Origin: an uncultured Candidatus Saccharibacteria bacterium
Lineage (GTDB): Bacteria > Patescibacteriota > Saccharimonadia > Saccharimonadales > Saccharimonadaceae
Reading direction: 5' to 3'
NCBI GenBank assembly: GCA_948614045.1
Contig: CAPFSK010000002.1
Location: 18,404-82,403, forward strand
DNA length: 64,000 bases
Below, in pieces: positions 9,317 through 16,500 of this stretch. Within the stretch, counting starts at the first letter, position 1; the number at the start of each line of letters is the position of its first letter. The position numbers and the translations under genes are program-made. The notes under the pieces were generated by a model that was given only the letters and a program-made list of their open reading frames with translations, ran no database searches and was not told the DNA's origin.

Positions 9317-10735
9317 ATGTTCGTCGATACGGCAAAAGTCAAACTCCAGGCCGGCAAGGGCGGCGACGGCGCAGTGTCGTTTCGCCACGAAATTTATATC
9401 CCGAAAGGCGGTCCGGACGGTGGCGACGGTGGTCGTGGCGGTAGTATTATCTTTCGCGCCGACAAAGATACGAATACCTTGATTGATTTTCGATTCAATC
9501 CCGAGCTGAAAGCCGAGAACGGTAAGAATGGCTCTGGCCAACGTAGCGCTGGCCGAGGAGGAAAGGATTTGATTGTCGAGGTACCAGTTGGTACGGTCGT
9601 GCGCAAGGATGGTGTCGTGCTGGCGGATTTGGCGGTTGATGGACGGGAAGCGGTGATTGCGAAGGGCGGCGACGGTGGCTTTGGTAACGCACACTTCAAG
9701 TCAAGCGTGCGTCAGACGCCGATGATTGCCGAAGTTGGCGAGCCAGGTGATGAGTTCGAGGCGGCACTTGAGCTGAAACTTATCGCCGACGTTGGGCTAG
9801 TCGGGTTGCCAAATGCCGGTAAGTCGACTTTCCTTAGTGTCGTCAGTAACGCTCGCCCGGAGATCGCCGATTATCCCTTTACGACGTTGACACCGCAGCT
9901 TGGTGTTGCGACGGTTGACGACCAAGATATTTTGATTGCTGATATTCCAGGATTGATCGAGGGTGCCGCCGACGGCAAGGGTCTGGGGCATGATTTCCTT
10001 CGCCATGTCGACCGCACGGCGGCATTGTTACATCTCGTTGATGTTTATAATGATGACGCTGGCGAGGCTTATCAGGTGATTCGGAAAGAGCTGGAGCGCT
10101 ACTCTGACTTACGTGACCGTCCAGAGATTGTCGCACTGACGAAATGCGAGGGTGTCGACCAAGATATAGTTGATATGCAGATTGCCAGTATTCTACGGGT
10201 TAATCCTGATGCGAAGGTTTATACGATTTCTTCCGCCGCGAAGCGGGGAATCACGGAAGTGCTGCGTGAGTTGGTGCGAATTAAACGCGAAGCTAAGAGT
10301 CAGCCTACGTCTCCGGATTCATTCGAGATGGGCGATGACGGGGCAGTGACATGCTCAGCCTCTGCGAGGTCATGGAGCTCCGACTCCTCAGGCGGGCGCG
10401 GGTCCGAATCTTTAGATGAGGAGAGCGCCCCCCCGACCGAGTCAGAAGCTGGGCATGTCGTAACTTTGCCTGTTATTTCTCTTTCCTCTGCTCAGCTCAG
10501 TAACGCTTGGAAAGTTGAAAAACTTGAGGACGGCGACGAGGTGAAATTTATCGTCACTGGTCCAAAGATTGAGAAGTTTGCTCGTCGCACGGATTTGAAT
10601 AATTACGCTTCGGTAAACCGCCTACGCGACATTATGAAAAAGCTCGGTATTCGCGCTGAGCTTACGTCACAAGGCGCCGAACCGGAATCAATTATCTCGA
10701 TTGCCGGGAAAGAATTTACGCTAGTAGAAGAATAA
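9317..10735 (+). CDS. obg: GTPase Obg/CgtA with C-terminal OCT domain
   Basis: MFVDTAKVKLQAGKGGDGAVSFRHE...GGPDGGDGGRGGS, G1 GLPNAGKST and G3 DIPGLIEGA. Confidence 0.95.
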   Translation: MFVDTAKVKLQAGKGGDGAVSFRHEIYIPKGGPDGGDGGRGGSIIFRADKDTNTLIDFRFNPELKAENGKNGSGQRSAGRGGKDLIVEVPVGTVVRKDGVVLADLAVDGREAVIAKGGDGGFGNAHFKSSVRQTPMIAEVGEPGDEFEAALELKLIADVGLVGLPNAGKSTFLSVVSNARPEIADYPFTTLTPQLGVATVDDQDILIADIPGLIEGAADGKGLGHDFLRHVDRTAALLHLVDVYNDDAGEAYQVIRKELERYSDLRDRPEIVALTKCEGVDQDIVDMQIASILRVNPDAKVYTISSAAKRGITEVLRELVRIKREAKSQPTSPDSFEMGDDGAVTCSASARSWSSDSSGGRGSESLDEESAPPTESEAGHVVTLPVISLSSAQLSNAWKVEKLEDGDEVKFIVTGPKIEKFARRTDLNNYASVNRLRDIMKKLGIRAELTSQGAEPESIISIAGKEFTLVEE

Positions 10736-10782
10736 GTTTTCATAACAGTGCTTGATGATGTGTACTGGGTAGTGTAATGCTA

Positions 10783-10811
10783 TTGACAAAAATAGCCAAG
10801 TATGCTACAAT
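10783..10811 (+). promoter_or_regulatory. Consensus sigma70-type promoter, copy 1 of a repeated promoter cassette
   Basis: TTGACA-17 nt-TGcTACAAT. Near-identical cassettes lie at 12889, 17402 and 56340. Confidence 0.75.
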
Positions 10812-10817
10812 GAAAAC

Positions 10818-10931
10818 ATAAGACGAAACTATATGTTTGCGCCACAGGTTTTTCATGTACTTAAGGCGTAAATAAGAGCCTTAAGTATTTTACGAATTTG
10901 TGGTGCTAGATTTTAGGAATGGAGGGATTTT
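10818..10931 (+). ncRNA. Structured 5' leader (copy A), homologous to the leader at 56375-56485
   Basis: Outer helix 10839-10845/10900-10906 encloses a perfect 8-bp hairpin 10860-10867/10878-10885. An SD follows. Confidence 0.5.
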
Positions 10932-11597
10932 ATGACTACGAAGAAATGTTATAAACGAGAATATATTTGCCAAAGCAACGAGTATGCAGATGATCTACAG
11001 TTTGTAACCAAGCATCCTGACGGTTTTACGCCCGGCTTCCCGGATGATCCGAGCCGGAGTAGCTTATCTCAGTTGACTATCAACTCTATTGCCAGACGGA
11101 CGGCAGTTAGATCTAATGGGCTTTCATGTGAAGCTGGTGATTATATACTCCGTGAGTTTTATAAAATTTTGGGAGGTGAGTTTAGTATTTGGCGTATTAT
11201 ATCCATTCAATTGGTGCCAAATTGCGCTAGGCTTAAGCTGGGAACTCCCGATCCGAGAGAAGATCCTTCATTGGGGGAGGATTTAGCTTGCGAGCTATTA
11301 GGCTATGAGTCTATTGTCGTAGATGTTGAAGGCGAAGATACTGCCGAGCATCGTTATCTTGCTGACCAGCAGTCAATTTTATACTTACAGCGTAGAGACG
11401 AGAAGAATCCAAACAAAATTGACTATCTTAAAATTCACGTGTGGCATTATTCTAAACGCACTTCTCTTCGGAGATCTGAGCAGGCATCCATAAGCATAAG
11501 GCACTCCGATCTTCCTGATTATTATTATGCTTATCTATACTGGAAAAGCAGAGATACGAAACGGATTATTGCTGAGATTACAGAAAAGACGCCTTAA
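10932..11597 (+). CDS. Hypothetical protein (orphan, 221 aa)
   Basis: ORF with SD GGAGGG 6 nt upstream, a strong promoter and a downstream terminator. Confidence 0.7.
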   Translation: MTTKKCYKREYICQSNEYADDLQFVTKHPDGFTPGFPDDPSRSSLSQLTINSIARRTAVRSNGLSCEAGDYILREFYKILGGEFSIWRIISIQLVPNCARLKLGTPDPREDPSLGEDLACELLGYESIVVDVEGEDTAEHRYLADQQSILYLQRRDEKNPNKIDYLKIHVWHYSKRTSLRRSEQASISIRHSDLPDYYYAYLYWKSRDTKRIIAEITEKTP

Positions 11598-11643
11598 ATG
11601 TCGCCGCTTATTATTTTTTGCACCACCGCTACCTAGGTAGCAC

Positions 11644-11677
11644 AAAACCGGAACAACATTATCGTTCCGGTTTTTTC
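11644..11677 (+). terminator. Intrinsic terminator
   Basis: CCGGAAC-loop-GTTCCGG followed by TTTTTT. Confidence 0.75.
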
Positions 11678-11697
11678 ATGCCTTTTACTATCCCTCC

Positions 11698-11910
11698 GGC
11701 GCCACCACCATAGTACAGTTACCATTGGCTTTTGTCCGTAGCGGGTGGGCAAAGCTCGATGGCGGCAGCATGCGCGTCGTCGGCCAGTACGGCTACTACT
11801 GGTCTCGTACCTCTATATCTACTACTAACGCCTACGTCCTGTACATCAACCCTACAGGCGTCAACCCGTCAGGCAACGGCAATCGTTTCGTCGGTCTCCC
11901 CTCCGCTGCC
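11698..11910 (+). pseudogene. FISUMP/DUF1566-like C-terminal cassette C1 (no ATG or SD, tail replaced by the inverted flank of C2)
   Basis: Encodes GATTIVQLPLAFVRSG...GYYWSRT...NAYVLY...PSGNGNRFVGLP. Only a TTG start, directly after the terminator. C-run of 4. Confidence 0.6.
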
Positions 11911-11928
11911 GTACTTCCTCTTCCTCCA

Positions 11929-12195
11929 TTAGGCACTACCTGGGTAGAGGCAGCGGAGGGGGAAACCGTCATTTCGCATGTTACCGTTTGATGGATGAAT
12001 GACAGTAGGATCCGTATACAAATACCAGGCAAGAGTAGATGAAACTGCTGTACGCGCCCAACTATAAGCACCGCGTATATTACCAACATTCCCATAGTCT
12101 AAATAGACATACCCGCTACGGACAAAAGTGAGTGGTAAAATGTTGTGATTATAACAACGCACATTTCCACAGTAATAACAGAGGAGATATGGCAT
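11929..12195 (-). CDS. FISUMP/DUF1566-like mini-protein, cassette C2 (88 aa, the only fully intact copy)
   Basis: ATG start. LTFVRSG...YSWARTAVSSTLAWYLY...PSNGNMRNDGFPLRCLYPGSA* with a C-run of 5. Confidence 0.6.
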   Translation of the reverse strand: MPYLLCYYCGNVRCYNHNILPLTFVRSGYVYLDYGNVGNIRGAYSWARTAVSSTLAWYLYTDPTVIHPSNGNMRNDGFPLRCLYPGSA

Positions 12196-12385
12196 AATGT
12201 TGTAAAAAATACATGAAAAATAGTCAGCAAAAATCCTCGAAAATCCTTGCTATTTCTACGCGAGTCAAGTATACTAGTAACAGTTCGAAAGAACATAAGG
12301 CTAACTGCGAGCCAACGATAAGTTGAGAGCTTATATGTTCAAAAAGTCGCCATGCTATGGGCGATTTTTTGGATTCCGGCTAGAG

Positions 12386-12598
12386 TCAGCGGAGGGGGCG
12401 ACCATAGTAACGATTGCCATAGTTTGATGGATAGATAATGGAAAAGCTGAAGTATAGACTGTAGGTATCGTTAGTCGAGTTTGATGTACGCGTCCAGCTA
12501 TAGCCGTTTGCTCCGATGACTCTTGTCTGGCTGACGCCAAGATCTACATATCCACTACGGACAAAAGCCAATGGTAACTGTACTATGGTGGTGGCGCC
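12386..12598 (-). pseudogene. Cassette C3 (no own start; TGC->TGA at the conserved Cys)
   Basis: GATTIVQLPLAFVRSG...GYSWTRT...DTYSLY...GNRYYGRPLR*. The 46-nt 5' block is identical to those of C1 and C7. Confidence 0.6.
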
Positions 12599-12623
12599 GG
12601 TAGTCGTACTTCCTTTTCCTCCA

Positions 12624-12840
12624 TTAGGCACTACCTGGGTAGAGGCAGCGGAGGGGGGAAACCAGCCCAAAGATTATTACTGTCTGAAGGATTAACACTT
12701 GTAGGACGAGTGTAGAGATGATAAGCAGTAGCAGACGATCTAGCCGTACGTGACCAGAAGTCGCCGCTGTTACCGACCACCCGCATAGCACCCTCATAGT
12801 CAGTACTAACATTAACCCATCCGCTACGGACAAAAGCCAA
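12624..12840 (-). pseudogene. Cassette C4 (TTG start only; C-run of 6 shifts the tail out of the GFPLRC frame)
   Basis: AFVRSGW...GDFWSRT...TAYHLY...PSDSNNLWAGFPPPLPLPR*. The alternative frame ends ...PLRCLYPGSA*. Confidence 0.6.
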
Positions 12841-12888
12841 TACTTGGCTATCGATTTTTACGTCAGCAGCAGATATTCATAAACACTA

Positions 12889-12917
12889 TTGACAAAAATA
12901 CAAATCTGTGCTACAAT
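12889..12917 (+). promoter_or_regulatory. Promoter cassette copy 2
   Basis: TATTGACAAAAATAC...TGTGCTACAATG with a 17-nt spacer. Confidence 0.75.
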
Positions 12918-12981
12918 GTAAGTATGTAGTGAAAAACTCACTACAGATTAAGAATTAGACTTTTCGTAAAGAGTATCGGAC

Positions 12982-13059
12982 AAAACCCGTATACGGGTTT
13001 TACTGTTGAAGAACAGTAAAACCCGTATACGGGTTTTACTGTTGAAGAACAGTAAAACC
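12982..13059 (+). repeat. 36-bp tandem repeat (2.2 copies), each unit made of two perfect hairpins, in a long 5' leader
   Basis: AAAACCCGTATACGGGTTTT + ACTGTTGAAGAACAGT, repeated at 12982-13017 and 13018-13053, plus a partial unit. Confidence 0.9.
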
Positions 13060-13202
13060 TTACGCTAGAAGTCTACGCCCTTTGACATAATGACTTGCTA
13101 GACGTATTCTCGCCTTACTTGCCTATTCGCGCAGCGACACAGTAGGCAGCTAGGGCGGAAATACCAGTTTCTCCCAAAAAACAAAATAGAGGAGGTAGCA
13201 AC

Positions 13203-14192
13203 ATGGAAGCTACATTATCATTTATTCAGGAATTGAGCGAGAAAATTACAGAGTTAATCGGTTTTCATCTCGGTGCAGACCATATCCATTATATCGGGGA
13301 AGACGGCACGGGCTGGCATTATTATATCCAGGCTTTGCAACCGGGCTACCCGGTACTCGCGATGCATTATCGTGGACCGCTGATGCTGGCGTTGCCTTTT
13401 GCAGATTACTGCAAGCTGGAAGCTGGCGAGATCACGGTCGACGCATACATTGCGCAGTCGCACTGGAACTATGGCTATTACTGGGGTGGCGGCGGACTGC
13501 TAAGCGGTGCTTACTGGCAACCATTGGAGGCAGAAACCGGCATTCATGATACTGAGCGTATCAGCCGTTATCTGCAGATCTTGAGTTGTCGTACGTTTCG
13601 TCGTTCCAGCGGGCATATACCGAGTATTGAGAATTGCGCGAAGTGTCAGCTCGATGAGACAGGCTGCCCGTTTTCGCCGCAGAACCAGACTGGTTCATGG
13701 GACAACGAGGTCGCAGAGCCGGACGGTCGGGTGGAATTATTCCAGGCAGTTTGTGAACGCGTGCAGCAGGAGCTCGGCTTTGAGCGCTACGACTTCATGT
13801 CACATAATGAATCTAAGCATGAGCTTTTGCTCTTCCCGGGCATGAAGCCGAACACTGTACGGATTTTCCTTAGCCGGGATTTGCTTAACGATCTGCTTTA
13901 TCATCCGGAGGTGAAACGCGACTGGAAAGAGATGGCGGCGCGCCTTGACATTGCCTTGGCGATGCCGTTCCATCCGGAGCAGCGCACAATGCTTGACCTG
14001 AATGCTCCTGACTTACGCGCGGCCTGCCTTGATTTTTGGGGCGACAATATGTTGCAGAAGGTAGGCTCTGCTGAAGCTGCTGCTATGCAGACTGCACGGG
14101 TCGATCACGGGTTCATTACCCCGCGTGGAATTAAAATCCTGACAACCCTTAATAAGGCTTTCAATAAGGTCATTGATAAAGCTCGTGGCTAA
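13203..14192 (+). CDS. Hypothetical protein (orphan, 329 aa)
   Basis: ORF with SD AGAGGAGG, about 285 nt downstream of promoter copy 2. Confidence 0.7.
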   Translation: MEATLSFIQELSEKITELIGFHLGADHIHYIGEDGTGWHYYIQALQPGYPVLAMHYRGPLMLALPFADYCKLEAGEITVDAYIAQSHWNYGYYWGGGGLLSGAYWQPLEAETGIHDTERISRYLQILSCRTFRRSSGHIPSIENCAKCQLDETGCPFSPQNQTGSWDNEVAEPDGRVELFQAVCERVQQELGFERYDFMSHNESKHELLLFPGMKPNTVRIFLSRDLLNDLLYHPEVKRDWKEMAARLDIALAMPFHPEQRTMLDLNAPDLRAACLDFWGDNMLQKVGSAEAAAMQTARVDHGFITPRGIKILTTLNKAFNKVIDKARG

Positions 14193-14221
14193 TCGCAGGA
14201 TTCGGCAAGTCATTATGGGGA

Positions 14222-14250
14222 CCGCTGGTCATTACGACTGGCGGTTTTTC
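14222..14250 (+). terminator. Intrinsic terminator
   Basis: CCGCTGGTC-atta-GACTGGCGG (two G-U pairs) followed by TTTTT. Confidence 0.6.
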
Positions 14251-14264
14251 ATTGCAAAAAGTCC

Positions 14265-14295
14265 TTGACCTGGAGTCCACTCCAGACTTTATAAT
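14265..14295 (+). promoter_or_regulatory. MerR-type promoter/operator with 19-bp spacer
   Basis: TTGACC-19 nt-TATAAT. The spacer contains the dyad CTGGAGT-cc-ACTCCAG. The ATG lies 6 nt after the -10. Confidence 0.75.
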
Positions 14296-14301
14296 GGAAA
14301 T

Positions 14302-14652
14302 ATGAAGATTAGCGAAGTAGCGAAGCAGACTGGTCTCCCGGAGGATACTCTGCGTTTTTACGAAAAGAATAATCTCATCGGCGAGGTTCCACGCGTGAAC
14401 GGTATTCGCGATTATTCCGAGCAAAACTTGCGACGGATTAGTTTCGTGAAATGTCTGCGTGGGGCAGAAGTGCCGATTGAGGTGATCCGGAAATATGTAG
14501 AGTTAGTAGATGCCGGCGAAGATACCTTACCCGAACGAATCAAATTGCTAGAAGCCCAGCGCGATGCGCTGGATCGGAAACTAACCGAAACTCAAGCGGC
14601 TTATGACAAAATCGTTTATAAAATTAACTTATATCAGAAAGGAGAAAAATAG
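14302..14652 (+). CDS. MerR-family transcriptional regulator
   Basis: MKISEVAKQTGLPEDTLRFYEKNNLI HTH plus a coiled-coil C-terminus. Confidence 0.9.
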   Translation: MKISEVAKQTGLPEDTLRFYEKNNLIGEVPRVNGIRDYSEQNLRRISFVKCLRGAEVPIEVIRKYVELVDAGEDTLPERIKLLEAQRDALDRKLTETQAAYDKIVYKINLYQKGEK

Positions 14653-15497
14653 TGAAGTATGTCAAACTTAATAATGGCGTAGAGATGCCGGCTGTGGGTT
14701 TAGGAGTATTCACTTTTAGCCCCGAAGATGCGGAAAAAGCCGTAGAAAGTGCCCTAAAATCCGGCTATCACTTGATTGATACGGCAAACTCTTATGTCAA
14801 CGAGCGGGCGACTGGTCGCGGTATCAAGAACTCTGGTATCAAGCGCGAAAATGTGTTTATTAGTTCTAAACTCTGGCCGTCCGAATACGAAAACGAGAAC
14901 GCGGTAAACGAAACTTTGGCGCGCCTCGGTATTGAATATATTGATTTACTTTTCTTACATCAGCCATCCGGCAATTATCTCAACGGCTACAAAATGATAG
15001 AACGGGCAGTGAAAGACGGTAAAGTTCGCGCCATTGGTCTATCTAATTTTGAAGGCGAATACTTTGACGATATTTTGAACCACTGCGAAATTAAACCGCA
15101 AGTGATGCAGGTAGAGTGCCATCCATATTATCCGCAAGTGGAACTCCGCGAGAAACAACTATTGCCGAATGATATTAAGCTGATGTCTTGGTTTCCGCTT
15201 GGACACGGCGATAAATCCCTCGTGAACGAACCAGTAATTGTGAAACTCGCCGAAAAATACGGTAAATCACCAGCCCAAATTATCTTACACTGGCATACAC
15301 AGATGGACTTTATTGTGATTCCGGGGTCGCGCAGTCCTGAGCATATTAAAGAAAACATTGATATTTTTGACTTTGAACTAACTGACGCAGAAATGGCAGA
15401 AATTGCTAATATCAACAAGAACGAAAGATTTTACTATCGCGACCCAGAAAACTTAAAAAGTTGGGTAAACCTAAAACCACAGTGGGAGGAAGAATAA
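14652..15497 (+). CDS. Aldo/keto reductase
   Basis: GTG start. KYVKLNNGVEMPAVGLGVF...IDTANSY...LHQP typical AKR motifs. Confidence 0.9.
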   Translation: MKYVKLNNGVEMPAVGLGVFTFSPEDAEKAVESALKSGYHLIDTANSYVNERATGRGIKNSGIKRENVFISSKLWPSEYENENAVNETLARLGIEYIDLLFLHQPSGNYLNGYKMIERAVKDGKVRAIGLSNFEGEYFDDILNHCEIKPQVMQVECHPYYPQVELREKQLLPNDIKLMSWFPLGHGDKSLVNEPVIVKLAEKYGKSPAQIILHWHTQMDFIVIPGSRSPEHIKENIDIFDFELTDAEMAEIANINKNERFYYRDPENLKSWVNLKPQWEEE

Positions 15498-16490
15498 ATG
15501 AGTAATCAATTTGGTCTAGTTTACGCGGGCGCAATTACTGAGAATGAACCCAGCAAGGTCAATATTAAGCCGGTAGAATATGCGGTGAACGATATTAAGG
15601 TATCGGCAAATCTCTATCTGCCACCAAACTTTGACGAAAATAAGAAATATCTCGGCATTACAGTCGCCCATCCGAACGGTGGTTGTAAGGAACAAGTCGC
15701 CGGGCTATATGCGCAGAAATTAGCAGAGTTGGGATATGTGGCGGTTGCGGCCGATGCGCGCTATCAGGGTGCTTCAGAGGGTAAACCGCGCCTGCGCGAT
15801 TATCCAGAGAACCGTATAGAAGATGTCAGTGGAATGGTGGACTATCTTATTTCCTTACCGTATATTGATAATAAACGCATTGGTGCGCTAGGTATTTGTG
15901 GTGGCGGTGGTTATACTCTCGCCTGCGCCCAGACCGACAAGCGCATTAAGGCGGTCGCAACTCTATCTATGTTTAACTCAGGTCGCGTGCGCCGCAATGG
16001 TTTCTTGGATCAAGATGTTACTGGAATTACTAGCCGCTTGGAACGCGCCGCTGAAGCGCATACTTCAGAACTTCAAGGTAAGGTAAAATACGAAGGTTTC
16101 TTGCCGCCGCACGAGAATGATGACGAACTGCGTGCTAAAATGGCGGAACTTCCAGAAAACTCGCTTTATCGCGATGGAATTGAGTATTATGGCATTACGC
16201 ACAAGCACCCTAACGCTACTGGGAGCTATACGACTGAATCGTTTATGAAGTTAATGGCTTTTGATGTAGAAGATCGGATGGATTTACTCACGCAGCCACT
16301 GTTAATGATTGTCGGTAGCGAGGCAGATACTAAATATATGTCTAAGGATGCGTTTGAGAAAGCCGTCAACGCACCAGAAAAAGAATTATTTGAGGTAGCC
16401 GGCGCAAGTCATATCCGCACTTACTATGTCCCGGAATATGTAGAAGCAATCGTAAAGAAGTTAAACAATTTTTATAGTAAATATCTTTAA
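15498..16490 (+). CDS. Alpha/beta-fold hydrolase (dienelactone-hydrolase-like)
   Basis: Nucleophile-elbow-like GICGGGGY. The length and layout fit an alpha/beta hydrolase. Confidence 0.7.
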   Translation: MSNQFGLVYAGAITENEPSKVNIKPVEYAVNDIKVSANLYLPPNFDENKKYLGITVAHPNGGCKEQVAGLYAQKLAELGYVAVAADARYQGASEGKPRLRDYPENRIEDVSGMVDYLISLPYIDNKRIGALGICGGGGYTLACAQTDKRIKAVATLSMFNSGRVRRNGFLDQDVTGITSRLERAAEAHTSELQGKVKYEGFLPPHENDDELRAKMAELPENSLYRDGIEYYGITHKHPNATGSYTTESFMKLMAFDVEDRMDLLTQPLLMIVGSEADTKYMSKDAFEKAVNAPEKELFEVAGASHIRTYYVPEYVEAIVKKLNNFYSKYL

Positions 16491-16500
16491 GGAGGTAAAG

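Noticed and set aside
11690-12845. Diversity-generating retroelement (TR/VR pairs) as the explanation for the cassettes
   Set aside because: There is no reverse transcriptase or Avd-like gene in the window. Cassette interiors differ at all four bases and at synonymous sites, not specifically where one copy has adenine. No pair behaves like a TR/VR. An RT elsewhere in the genome cannot be excluded.
12982-13059. CRISPR array
   Set aside because: There are only 2.2 directly abutting 36-bp units with no spacers. The same applies to the 34-bp duplication at 31931-31998 and the 36-bp duplication at 3237-3308.
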